The notes: generated from the sequence alone by a model not told the origin. A stretch of 64,000 bases of DNA from Salpingoeca rosetta (GCA_033442325.1 JAWQFM010000007.1:1538225-1602224), one strand, 5' to 3'. Shown: positions 1-16,325, numbered from the stretch's first letter. Program-made: numbers and translations.

Positions 1-92
1 AACCCGTAACCCTAACCCCGTAAACCCTAACCCCTAAACCCCTAACCCTAACCCTAACCCCTAACCCTAACCCTAACCCTAACCCTAACCCT
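1..92. repeat. Telomeric repeat (CCCTAA)n / TTAGGG, with degenerate variants; chromosome left end
   Basis: Tandem ccctaa units from base 1, with variants such as cccgtaa and cccctaa, C-rich strand at the 5' end as expected for a left telomere. Confidence 0.93.
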
Positions 93-118
93 ACCTAACC
101 TACCTACCTACCTACCTA

Positions 119-204
<86 letters not shown>

Positions 205-232
205 ACGCACACACTCTCACGCACACACACGC
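93..232. repeat. Telomere-adjacent simple repeats: (CCTA)n, then (CT)n, then CA-type
   Basis: Directly visible: acct/ccta units 93-121, (ct)n 122-198, cacacg-type 199-232. Confidence 0.9.
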
Positions 233-603
233 ACCTTCCAACAGCTTGTCATGTCATACCGTTCCTTCACACCTGTACTTGTTCCTGGCTTGTCTCCTCT
301 GTGTCCGGCATACTGTGTGCTGCTGATAGGATTGCATGCTTGCTGGGTTGCGACTGCTTTCTGTTCTTGTATGATAGTAGTAAACCATGCTTGTTATCAA
401 CAACTATCAGTCCACCAAGGATGGCATGAGGTGTGCGCAGTAACGCAGCAATGCCGCAGCGACGGGCGCGAACAGCAGCCGCTTATTGGTTCCATTTCAT
501 CAATGTTCACACGCACGCACCATCGAAACACCAGCACGACACGACTACGACGTTGCCACACAGCACGGAGCACCATCGTCTTCAGTTCACGGGGTGCAGG
601 CGT

Positions 604-3962
<3,359 letters not shown>

Positions 3963-4069
3963 CGGGTGTTGAGTGTGTGCAGTGGTGGAGCGTCGTGTTG
4001 TTGAGAGGACAGTTGGTCGGCTGTTTTGAATTGGGTAGTTCGAAGTTTAATGGAAGATGTACACAGAAA

Positions 4070-4626
4070 TCAGCAAGTTGGTGTGTCCGCGTCTGCTGTG
4101 TCGGTGCCTGTGTTGTTGTTGTCGCTTGTGTGTGGTGGTGGGGCGAGCCTGCGGGACTCAAGGCCAGTGCGATTCTTGGACATCAACGGAAGCAGGGCAG
4201 CCTGGATGCTGCCGTACAATCGAGGAAAGATGAGCTCCTGCGAGGCCAACAGCTGCTTCACGCGGTGTCGCTCCTGATGAACACATCACACACACACACA
4301 CACACCACAGCGCATGAGGAAAGCAAGGAAATGAATCAAGGCGGCTGTTGTGTCGCTCGGTGGCAACCGGCATGTACAAACGATGACAAGCACACAACAC
4401 ACACACACACAAATACACACACTACACACACTACACACACAACACACTATACACACACTACACACACTCCACACACTACACAGACGCACGGTGGGCGCCT
4501 CGAAGCAAGCTGGACAATTCTCGTTGATGATGGGCAGGGCCACGTCCGCATCCTCTGCAAACGCGCGAATGTCCTTTTCCCTGTCGCCGTGTACCATGTA
4601 CGGCAAGTGGTATATGTGTGTGTGTA

Positions 4627-4657
<31 letters not shown>

Positions 4658-4688
4658 CAGTGGAAAGTCTGCGCGGGTGCCGTGCACT

Positions 4689-4726
<38 letters not shown>

Positions 4727-5205
4727 CACACACACACACNNNNNNNNNNNNNNNNNNNNNNNNNNNNNNNNNNNNNNNNNNNNNNNNNNNNNNNNNNNNN
4801 NNNNNNNNNNNNNNNNNNNNNNNNNNNNNNNNNNNNNNNTCGCATCGCTCTCCATTTGCCATCCTGTCTGCTGCATCCTATGAAGTTCTTGCCCTGGCGC
4901 CTCTTGTTGGCACTGAGAGCCGCTCGTCTCCTATAGGGTGCGCACGCCAGCCTCCTCTGACATGGACGATGTGGCTTGCTCTCTCTCTCTACTACACACA
5001 CCGGCCATGCGCGCGCACCTCTCCACATAGACACTCTCTCTGTGGCGCCGTGTGAGCGCGCTGCGATTTCCCAGGACGATAGTCAGTGTCACTTACTCTT
5101 TCTCTCCTACACTGTGATTTCCTGTTCGCATCGCCGTGTTCCTTTACGGGACAAATTGATGTGTTTGTGTATATATGTATTTACTTCTTACTCACACACT
5201 CACTC

Positions 5206-5293
<88 letters not shown>

Positions 5294-6422
5294 CAAACAC
5301 AAGGAAGACCGTGCGCGTGTGTTGGACAAACGCGACGTCATAAAGAAGACGTGCAACACAATTAATCGCAGCAAGCGCGCCTACCGGACAAAGACAAACG
5401 GACGCGCCATCCTGAGATCGCCCTCTTGCACCGTGTAGTGCGCCTGCCCACCGAGCAAACGAAAAGGTGGCAAAAAGCACATGCAGCCATTCGCGTTGAG
5501 ATCACAGTGGTCTCCCGTACACACACAAACACACACAACCACATACACGTACGCGCGCGCGCACACACACACACACACGCACGCACGCACACACACACAC
5601 GCACACACACACACACAAACAACCATATGCACGCACCTTCATTGTTCGCAGGAATCCGTTGTGAAACAGCGACATCATAAAGCTCTCGGCAAGGTCGTCC
5701 TACGAATGCAAAACACGAGATCACCCACATGTTTGTGCACAAACACACATGAGAATGGGGCAAAACGTTGATGTATGCCCACAGCACGCACAACACACAC
5801 GGCACAAACAGCGGTGAAGACCAGAGCCACAGACGCAACAGGGAAGTTGCATGCATGGAAACGAACACAAATACAAACAAAACAAAACAAAAACCAGCGG
5901 ACATGTGTCAGCGCACCAGATGCTGTCCAAACATGAGGACGTTGTATCCTTCACGCCGCGCACACGCATACAAGCGCCCTCGCTTCATGCGCGAACAAAA
6001 GCTGCAGATGCTCGCAAGGCTGCGGGCCACATCGCGTGTGCGTATGTGTGCGTGTGTGTGTGTGCGTGCGTGGCAGTGTGAGCGAAAGGGAGGGCACTAA
6101 AGAGCCATACACACAGGGAGGTGTACACTCGACACAAATGCATGCACCTTCGCACACAGATGCACCCAAACACGTACACGCACACGCACACGCACACGCA
6201 CAAACACACATACACGCAAACATGTGCTTCACAGTCACAGTAGCACACGTGTGCAACTGACTTGTCGACGTTTGACGCTGCGTCGATGATACATTGCGAC
6301 TCGTAGAAATAGGGCACGCCGAGCGCCTTCATGTACTCCACCAGCGGCCGCGGGTTGTATGCCTCCGTGCCCGGGTCAACCGTCGCCGCACCGAGCTCAA
6401 ACCGCACGCCTGTTGAAGGGCA

Positions 6423-6508
<86 letters not shown>

Positions 6509-7613
6509 GAGGAGAAGTCGTGTGAGACGTGGCCATTGCAAATGCACAATGCGGGCAACCGCACACTCCTCCCCCCCCCCAACACACACACACACACATG
6601 CACGGAACAATAAAGGAGCAGCCAGCCATGCCACGGCGATGCATGCCACCTTGTGCGCGGAAGACGTATTGCGCCTGCTTCATGGTGTGGAGAAGCGTGA
6701 GCGAGTCTTTGCCGCCGGACACACACACAAGCACGCGGTCTCCATCGCGAATCATGTCAAACTTGCTTAGCGCCTGCAATAGGGGTGCGTTGGTGCAGGT
6801 GTCGCGGTGTGAGTGTGGGTGAACAGCTGTTTGACATTTCACAGCCATGGAGAGCGCACGCACCCGCACATGAACATATACACGCGCACGCACATACACG
6901 CACACGCACAACTCCGCACACACACACGCACCTTAAACGTTGGGTTCAGAATGTTCTTTGGAGGACAGTGGAACCGAACGCCAGTCTTTCCCTTCTTCTG
7001 CTTCTTCTTCTTCTTGGTCGTGCTCTGGTTGGTCTTATCTTGTTCCTGCGCATCGCCGCTGCTGCTGCTGCTGTTGCTGCTCTTCTCTTGGTCGCCCGCC
7101 TGACCACTGCCACTCGTAACTTCTGCCTCGGATGCTCTGGCTGTTCCGTCCTCGCTGCTCGTTGCCTGCAAGCACGCTTGTGCATCATCACTGCCATTCG
7201 CCGATGGCTTCTCTTCAGTACCCTGCCTGTCGTCCCTTCCAACATCATCACCACCATCGCCAGGTGCACCAGCGTGTTCATCACAAACTACTGCCTCCTT
7301 CTTCTTGGGCCGTGCTGGTGCTGGTGCTGGGGCTGGGGCTGGGGCTGGTGCTGGGGCTGGTGCTGGTGTTGTCGTATTCATCAGCGCCATCAGTCGCTGC
7401 TCCTCAGCCCTCAACGCAGCCAGCCGCTTCGCCACAGACACATCTGCAGACACATCTGCAGACGCGGGCGCGGCATTGTGGGATTCGCCTGCGGGGATGG
7501 ACGTGCGCTTGCTGTCTGTCTCTCCACGTGCCGCTGTATGCAGGGGGGCGTTGCCCACAGTAAACGGCGACCCCCTGCAGGCCCACACGAAAGAGAGAGA
7601 GAGGGGAGAGAGA

Positions 7614-7645
<32 letters not shown>

Positions 7646-7783
7646 GTGTGTTGTGTGTGTGTGTGCGTGCGTACTTGTGTGAGTGTGTTGAATGTGATTG
7701 TGCCGACAGCCAAGCCAAAAGCGAGCATATCCCATCGACTACGAAACCCGCAACGACAAAATACCACCGATACAGACCTGAGA

Positions 7784-7842
<59 letters not shown>

Positions 7843-8294
7843 ATCAGTGGCAGTGTTGAGTGCAAACCACGCTGCCTCCTGTGAGTACAGGAACCAGCGA
7901 AGCGCCTCCGCCTCGCCAGACATCAGCGACACACTGGCAGCCGGCGTCACAGCCCCCGCCCTGGCAAGGTGATGATGCCTGTGAGTGGTGGCTTCCGGCA
8001 CGATAAACGCATGCAAAAGACGGGGCGAAGCGCATGAAGGCACTGAACACAAAAGCATCGACAGCTGTGTATCGGCTTGCATTGAGCGAGCACGTGTGTC
8101 CTCACTTTGCGGCCTGCGCAAGTGCTGCCTCTGCTGCCGCCCACACCGCTGCTCGGTCATCGCCTTCCTGCTCGTGTGCTGCGGGCTGCGGCGTTGCCGG
8201 AAAGGCGTGTCGCAGCAAGAGTGGTGTGAGCAGCAAAGGTTGTGGGATGGTGTGTGTGTGTGTGATGGTGTGTGAGTGTGATGGTGTGTGTGAT

Positions 8295-8333
<39 letters not shown>

Positions 8334-11300
8334 GTTGTCACGTATGTGCTGCATGGTTGTCGACGTTTACGATGATGGCGCTGCACGTGCACGAGCACGA
8401 GTCGAACTTACAGTTGTGCTGTCGTTGCCGCGAGCGAGCCGGGCAAAGGAGAGGGAGCTGAGCCACTTGCGTTCCTTGTGCAACGTGTGCTGCACATGAC
8501 GCCACTCCCCCGTGTCCTGCAGCGAACCAGACAAGCGTGCACATGTGAGCTCGTGCGCAACTGCGGAGGTGTGTAGCAACAACGGCATCACCGCCAGCCT
8601 CTTGACAGTCCCAAACATCACAATCATCACGACCACGACAACGACGACAGCGACGACGACAACAACAACCACCACCATTGTCCCCCCCCCCCCCCATCAT
8701 CGAAATCATCACCACCATCGCCACCACGTCGCACCAGGTGCGGGTTGTAGAGCGGGAGCAGTCGCCATCCGTTCGTGGCGACAAACTCGACAGCGGAGAG
8801 GACAAAATCAACGGAGCTGTCATCCATGAACCACGGCAGGTTGATGCGCACAAACCCTGAACCCGTGCACCACACACACACACACACACGCACACGCACA
8901 CGCACACACACATGCACACACACACACATGCACACACACGCACGCACGCACACGCACACACATGCACATGCACACACACACACACACATGCGCCATGTCA
9001 ACGATGCATGGAATGACAAGGACGCGTGGAATGAAAAAGGAAGGCGCGAGTCAGAGTAAGAACAGTTCGAAGAAAGCTAGCAAGTGTTCAACAGTGCGTG
9101 CACAGAAAACGCATCTCGCGACAACAACACCACCGCCATCTCATCCACGCAACGCGTTTGCCTGCAAGCATGAAAAGTGTGCGCACCTGGGCGAAGCATT
9201 TCGGATGCGCCGTGCTCCTCTTTACGGCGGAGGTGGTCGCGGTCAAGACGCGAGTCCTCAACAAGCAGCCGCTCGATCCTGATGGCACAGGTGGCGGTGG
9301 TGATGATGATTGGTGAAAATGATGATTGGTGATTGGTGATGATGATGATTGGTGAAAATGGTAGTGGTCGTGGTCGTTGTGGTGAGAAAGGAGGAGGCAG
9401 AGGGTAGGCTGGGGAGAGATGAAGGCGTTGATGGGAGATGTGCGCTCGCATGCGGGCTTGTGCGTGAGATATGCTGCGTGTGCACCAGCACAAACGTGTG
9501 CGCACTCACTGTTCGGCCAGGGGCTGCGACATGCCCATGAGTCGTTGGGCATAGGGGCCGGCACAGGCGCATCCGCCGCGTGCTTGAACACCAAACAAAT
9601 CATTGAGGAGACAGCACACAAAATTGTGGTGGAGATACAGTCCACTCTGCTGATGAAACACCATGAACGACAGAATGGCAGCCCGCGGCGCTGTCTTGCT
9701 GCCCAGAATGTGAATGGCGCTGTGTTTGGAGAGGCGTGCCAGGGCACGGGCTGCAAGATCTGTCTCGTGCCTGCAAGCAAGCCGAGTTTGAAGAGAGCAG
9801 CATGCATACGTCACGTGGATGCACACAAGTGACACGACTGTAGCAATGAAGGTACCACGACGGCTGGCGCACGCGGGTCCCGGTCAATGACGACACGACA
9901 GGACGTTCACACGACGTAGCCACCAAGGCCACGCACGCACGCACGCAGACATTGACACATGCACGAGAACCACGCGCATGCACACGCACTCACTCACACA
10001 CGAACTCACACACACACACACTCACTCACACGCATACATCACATCACACACGCACTCACAAGCACTCACTCACATTCACACTCACTCACACTCACACTCA
10101 CACGCACACGCGCACGCACACGCACACACACGCACACACACGCACACACACGCACACACACGCACACACACGCACACACACGCACACACACGCACACACA
10201 CGCACACACACGCACACACACACACACACACTGGCGACTGACGTGAGAATGGCGTCGGGGTCTGCCTCGAGCTTGAGCTTCAGGGTCAGGCCTGCGCGGA
10301 TGGAGCCTACAATATCTGGCGTGCCGGCCTCCTCCCTCGTCTCCACATCCTGCAGGTACCGGTGCGCCGCTGCTGTGACGAAGAAGACGCTGCCGCCGCC
10401 CGGGTGGGCTGGGGTGCGCCCGCTGAACAGCCGCCGCTTTGCAATCAGCACCCCTGTTGGTGGCAAGTCGTTGTGGTGGTGACAGGTGGTGTCAGGTGGT
10501 GCCAGGTGGTGGGGGGAGCGGGATGGCAGTGGACTGCAGGTGCTGTTGATTCCAAAGACAGGAGAGGGTGGTGTATGTATGGCAGGCGCCACAAGGGTCG
10601 GCATATACATGACCGTACTGCTTGTGCTCAGCCACAGCAAGCCGCATACACAAGCACACGCACACGCACACACACACACACTCACACACACGCACACGCA
10701 CACGCACACGCACGCACACACACACACGCACACACACACACGCACGCACACACACACACGCACGCACACACACACGCACACGCACACGCACACACAGCGC
10801 GCACGGCACGATACCTGGGGTGTTGAGGCCACCAACGAGCTTGTGTGGCGAGAATACAACAGCATCAGGAGCAACCAGGGCCTTGTTGTGCTGGATGCGG
10901 ACTGGGTTGAGATCAATTGGCAAGTAGGCAGCTGCCGTTGCATAGTCCCAGATGGCCAGGGCATTGTGGCGGTGCAGCAGCACCGTGACGGCGTCGACGT
11001 CGCTGATGATGCCCGTGACATTGGACATGGCTGCAAACGTGCCGATGACCAGGTTGCTGCCCTTGGCGTTTGGTGCTGTGAGAAGGGCTTCGAGGTGTTG
11101 GAGGTCGATGGTGCCATCTGCTGCTTCACGAACTTCCAGGATGCTGGCGCCAGTTTCGCGCCAGGGCAGCAGGTTGGAGTGGTGCTCGTAAGGGCCGTGG
11201 ATGACGGTGACTCGCTCGCCTCGCAGAACACGCGCGCGCACGTCCAGTGCGTGGACAAGCTTGTTGATGGCGCCGGTGACGCCGGAGCCGGAGAAGATGA

Positions 11301-11733
11301 CGGCGTCGTGCTCCGATGCGTTGGTGGCGTTGCGGATCATGTCGCGCGCCTCTGCGCGGAAGCGAGTCGTCTGCAAGCCGGTAGCTGAGGTGGTGGTGTG
11401 GGTGTTGGCGTACATTGGGAGGACGTGTTGCTGGATGAAGGCTTCGATGCAAGGGAGGGCGCGGGACGAGGCCGTGTGGTCCGTGTACACAATCTCTCGT
11501 CGACCAAACGGCGACAAAAAGCTGGCCCGCATCCCTTCCAGCTGCTTCTGCACAAAAGAACGCATGGCGTCGAACGCGGCATCGCCTGTCATCGCCTGCG
11601 TTGCTCCCGTTGCTTGTTGCTGCAGCAGCTGCTGTCCCTGCTCCTTCGCTTGCTGCCGCCGCTGTGTTTGCTCGTCATCTCCCTCGCCAAGGAGCACATC
11701 GCGTGCAAAGAACTTGCGCTCAGCATGCGCCAT
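4070..11733 (-). CDS. Fusion protein: class V aminotransferase/cysteine desulfurase + TtcA-like PP-loop ATPase (tRNA 2-thiocytidine synthetase family); 16 exons, about 1141 aa
   Basis: Exons 11733-10815, 10453-10243, 9770-9510, 9278-9187, 8856-8735, 8516-8412, 8185-8106, 7978-7778, 7574-6932, 6773-6650, 6409-6262, 6019-5917, 5699-5637, 5443-5385, 4580-4490, 4273-4070; all GT-AG and in phase, total 3426 nt. Desulfurase motifs: [24 protein letters not shown] (PLP lysine), [15 protein letters not shown]. TtcA motifs: [32 protein letters not shown]. Confidence 0.88.
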
Positions 11734-11909
11734 CCTGGGTGGTTCAAGTTCGGAAGATTGGTAAAAGATACCCCATAGATTTCGGTACCCACGTTGTGTG
11801 TTTGGAAGTAAGGACAAGTGTGTGTGCGTGAGTGTGTGTGTGTGAGTGTGTGTGTGTGCAAGTGTGCGCGACTGTGTGAGTATCATCACAACACAGTTCA
11901 AGCCGAGGA
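11734..11909. promoter_or_regulatory. Putative bidirectional promoter between the desulfurase-TtcA and TrmH genes
   Basis: Only 176 nt separate the two divergent predicted start codons; contains a GT tract. Confidence 0.5.
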
Positions 11910-13125
11910 ATGTGGGCGGAAGCTGTGGCGCAGTTGCGGCCGCTGGTGACACCAGAACGCTTTTCCCGAGCAATAGCCGTTGCACGAGGTCGTGTCCAGG
12001 GCCTGGCATGCGTCATCGAAGTGAGTTTGTGTGTCTGTGTCTGTGCTGTGTGTGTGTGTGTCAGAGAGTGTGTGTGTGTGTCTGTGTGTGCGTGCGTGTG
12101 TGCGTGCGTGTATGTGTGTGTGTGTATGTGTGTGTGTGTGCGTCTGTGTCTGTATGTGTTTGTGTGTGCATGTATGCGTTTGTGTGTGCGTCTGTGTCTG
12201 TATGTGCATGTGCGTCTCTGTGTCTGTGTCTGTCTCTGTGTGCGTGCGTGTGACAGCGTCGTTTGGTTGGGAATGAACACTTGCCTTTCCAGGTGTGCGC
12301 TCTTGCACTTGTGTGCTTTTGATACCACTCTGCGTTGCCCTTCACACTCTAATGTCATGGACAATAATGAAATGGTTGATAGGGCCTGCATGACACGGGC
12401 AACATCTCTGCGATTCAGCGCACGTGCGATGCGTTTGGCGTGCACGACTTCCACACGATTCGTCGCTTCCCCATGGATCGCATGAAGCAGCACCGGCACG
12501 TGAGCAAAGGCGCCGACAAATGGCTGCGCGTTCATCGCTGGGGATCGACAGGGGATTGCATGGCGCACCTGCGCCAGCATGGATACAGAATAGCCGTGAC
12601 CGCTGTTGCCGATGACAGCAGCAGCAACCACGCCAGTGTCACAGACTTGCACGCCCTTGAACTTGATCAGCCGACGGCTTTTGTGTTTGGCAACGAGGTT
12701 GCAGGCATCTCAACCCAGGTGTGTGGTGTTGTTGTTGGTGGTGCTATGGTTGTGTGCGTTAACTTGTGTTGCGGGTAGCTGTGAATGTTTGCTAGGTCTG
12801 GGTGTGGTTGCACGCGTGTTGTATGTATGTCACTGCGGGGATGCGTGTTTGCGCTGTCTTGTGTTTCGATCTTTGACATCCCATTTGATGTGACCACCTG
12901 TGTTTGGTGCATTATTGTGCGATTTGCATCAACACAGGCACTGGAGGAGGCGGATGTGTTGGTGCAGATTCCACTGGTCGGTTTTGTGAGCGCACTGAAT
13001 GTCTCTGTGGCTGCAGGTTGCGTACTTCACCACGCAACCCTTCAACGCCGACGCTTCGTACGTGCGTCTGTGCCTGTGTGTGTGTGTGTGTGTCTGTCTG
13101 TCTGTCTGTTTGTCTGTCGGTCTGT

Positions 13126-13156
<31 letters not shown>

Positions 13157-13580
13157 GCTGGCTCACGCGCAAGCTTCTTGGTTCTGCTGTATGCTTGTTA
13201 TCAACCTGTTCAATGGCACCCCTTGCCGAGCACCCTCACCACAATCTTCCCCCACGCACCGCTACTGGCTGCAGCAAGGGGACGATGGCGGTGTCATCAG
13301 CGAGGACGAGGCGCTGGCGAGGATGACGACAGAACTGTTGCTACGGTCACTGGGCGAAAAGGACGCCGCAGACGCCGTCAACGACGCCATACACGATGCT
13401 GCTTCCACTCGCTCACCTCAACAACACCACCAACAGCAGCAACAGGAGGAGGAGGAGGAGGAGGAGTATGAACGACCATCACCTTCACCACTCACCTCCT
13501 CCTCTTCGTCGTCGTTGTTGCCTTTCGATCTGGCAACGCTCGTCGCCCACAACAACAAACACCAGCGCCAGCGCCGATGA
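11910..13580 (+). CDS. SpoU/TrmH-family (SPOUT) RNA 2'-O-methyltransferase, tRNA Gm18-like; 4 exons
   Basis: [18 protein letters not shown]...CVIE|[20 protein letters not shown]...SKGADKWL...[12 protein letters not shown]|...[17 protein letters not shown] gives SPOUT motifs 1-3; acidic/Gln-rich C-terminal extension; AATAAA at about 13610. Confidence 0.87.
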
Positions 13581-13841
13581 GTCATTGCCGACGATTCATG
13601 TGAACCATAAATAAAATTCTATTGATGACTCATCTTGCCTGAAGTTTGGTGACTTGCCCACATCCAACACGCACGACATTCACCGCACAGAACCGCAGAC
13701 ACACAGACACACAGACACGAACAACCAGCAAGCAAGCCGCGACAGCATCACCCGCTCCGCACACACACACACACACACCACGTACATACACAGCCACCAA
13801 CAACACCAACAAGACCATTTGACAGGCGCAACCCAGCAACC

Positions 13842-14764
13842 ATGTTTGGCGGAGGCGGAAAGTACAGCTCGGTACGCTTCTTCGCTGTTCTTCACCACCA
13901 TGATCTGACTCAAACTGCCACAACGAATACAAACATGCTTCGTCTTTGGTGTTGAGATGGTGGATGCGTGGTGGTGGTGTGACCACGCGTTTCCAACATC
14001 GCGTGCATCCCTCTGCATCCTTTTTTTTTTTTGAGTCCAATCCGTACGTTGTCTTATCGGAGCCATGTTGATTGTGTCTGTCTTCCACAACACGCTAGAT
14101 GAAGCTGAAGATGAACTTGAAGCTCGCCATCACGCGGCTTCAGCTTCTGGAAAAGAAGCATGGTGGGTTTCGTGCTGCCTGTTCTGCGTGCAAGCTGGCT
14201 CTCTTGTTTTGCCTGAGTAGTTTTTGCTGACCAGCATCTGGTTTCCTTGCTCAACTCACCCACTTGCGCCTGTGCCTTTTGCTGCTGTTGTTGCACACAC
14301 CAGACAACGCAAGTGTTCTTGCAAGGAAAGAGGTGGCAACCCTTTTGGACAACAACCGCGTTGAGCTGGCAAAAATCAAGGTTCGTGCTGCGGCTACATG
14401 CTGCACCAACAAGCAGCATCTCGTCCACGTGTGCCGATGCCACATGAACGGCTGTTGTTCCTTTTTCCACGCGTGCTTGTCTTTGCGATGCCATGCTCGA
14501 GTGTGCGCAACTCACATTCATTCTTTCCTTCCTTCCCTGTTCTTCCTTCCTGTCCTTCCTGTCCTTCCTGTCCTTCCTGTCCTTCCTGTCCTTCCTGTCC
14601 TTCCTTCACTGTTGCATTCATGTGCACGCACACAGGTTGAACAGATTATCCGTGATGACTATTATCGGGAAGCGCTTGAGATTCTTGAGACCTACTGCAG
14701 CCTTGCTCTCGCTCGCTTTGGCCTCATTGAATCCGTCCAGTACGTTTTGCACTTTGTGTTGCCT

Positions 14765-14831
<67 letters not shown>

Positions 14832-14843
14832 CGTGTGTGTGTG

Positions 14844-14886
<43 letters not shown>

Positions 14887-16325
14887 AGGGATGCCCTTCA
14901 CGTGTCACACGTCACACGCCACACGCCACACGCCACTCGCCACACCCTACGCGTCACACGTCACGCGTCACACGCCACGCGTCACTCTTGCTCGTCTGGC
15001 GACACGCTTTCCCCCCCCCCCCCTTCCCTGCCACAACTAACGCCGTGTGTGTGTCCATCTCCCCCTTCCCTCCTGAATACACGCGTGCATGAGCAGGTAC
15101 TGCGATCCCGGCATCCGCAAGGCGGTGTGCACCATCATCTGGGCCACGCCGCGCGTGTCCGTGGACGTGGTTGAGTTCAAGGAGCTCTCCAAACAGTTTT
15201 CGCTGCGCTACGGCAAGGAGTTTGCAGAGGCTGCCCGCACCAACAGCACAAAGGAGGTGTGCCCGCGCGTCAACCAGAAGCTGAGCTTTGTCGTGCCAGA
15301 CACAAACCTGGTCATTGGCTACCTGGAGGCCATTGCAGCAAAGTACAACGTCGACTGGAAGCCCTCCCCATCAGACTTTGACACCGTGCGTCTGCCCTGC
15401 TCCTGTGTTTTGTGTGTGTGCACGTGTCTGTGTGTCTGCCTGTGTGTGTGCGTGTCTATGTGTCTGCCTGTCTATGTGCCAACCGAACAACCCACTCGCA
15501 TTCGCCATTGCTCTCACCACCCTCACCATGATCATCATCATCATCACCACCACCACCACCACCTCCTCCTCCACCTCCTCCTCCTCCCTTCCTCCTCCTC
15601 CTCTCTCCCTCGTGCAGTTTCCAGACACCGGCCCCAGCAATGGCGGTGGCGGCGGCGGAATGCAGCAGCAGCAGCAGCAGCAGCAGCAGGGCACCCCGCC
15701 CGTTGATCTCATGAGTGCAGACCTCGACTCCCTCAACCTCAACTTCCCTGCCCCCTACGGCGCCCCGTCCCCCGACGAGAAGCCAAGGCCACAACAGCAG
15801 CAGCAACAGCAGCCACAACAGCCGCCTCCCCAGGCCAGCTATGCGTTCCCACCACCGCTCTCCGCCACACCGCAGCCGTCATATCCGCCCGCGCAGCCGG
15901 CGCAGGACTCGAGCTCGCTGGCATTTCCCCCGCCACCACAGCAGTCGTACCCGCCCACAACCGCATCCCACGCCCCTCAGCAGCAGCAGCAGCCGCCACA
16001 GCAACAACAGCAACAACAGCCATACAGGCCGGGCCAGTCGCTGCTGGACCTCCCTGATGTTCCCGATGCGCAGCCGCCCTCATATGGGCAGGCCTCGGCC
16101 CCGCCAAACGGCGATGCCAGCTTTGATCCGTTTGTGGACGCATTCCCCTCCGTCCCAGACTCCAACAACAATAACAGCAACAACAACAACAGCGGTGGCA
16201 ACGGTGGTCTTGGAGAGCTGCATCTGCCGGACCCGCCGTCCACCAACAACAGCGGGCGCAGCGCTGATGTCCCGCTTGACTACGACAGTCTCACGCGCCG
16301 GTTCAACGCCCTGCAGAAGAAGTGA
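13842..16325 (+). CDS. IST1: IST1 homolog (ESCRT-III-associated Vps4 regulator)
   Basis: MFGGGGKYSS|MKLKMNLKLAITRLQLLEKK...ARKEVA...VEQIIRDDYYREALEILETYCSLALARFGLI...AVCTIIWATPR; Pro/Gln-rich linker; C-terminal MIM1-like DYDSLTRRFNALQKK. Confidence 0.92.
14539..14604. repeat. Intronic 9-bp tandem repeat (CCTGTCCTT)n
   Basis: Directly visible in an IST1 intron. Confidence 0.85.

Noticed and set aside
10098-10230. Regular 10-bp repeat array (also 43590-43696, 26770-26870) resembling CRISPR
   Set aside because: No unique spacers and no cas genes; CA-derived minisatellites in a eukaryotic genome.
4070-11733. Two separate genes, bacterial contamination, or a selenoprotein
   Set aside because: Exon phases join without a stop, 15 spliceosomal introns are present, and no in-frame TGA is needed in the model.
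11734-12009. Upstream in-frame extension of the desulfurase ORF to 12009
   Set aside because: It runs through a microsatellite and overlaps TrmH exon 1 on the other strand; ATG 11733 is more plausible, though unproven.
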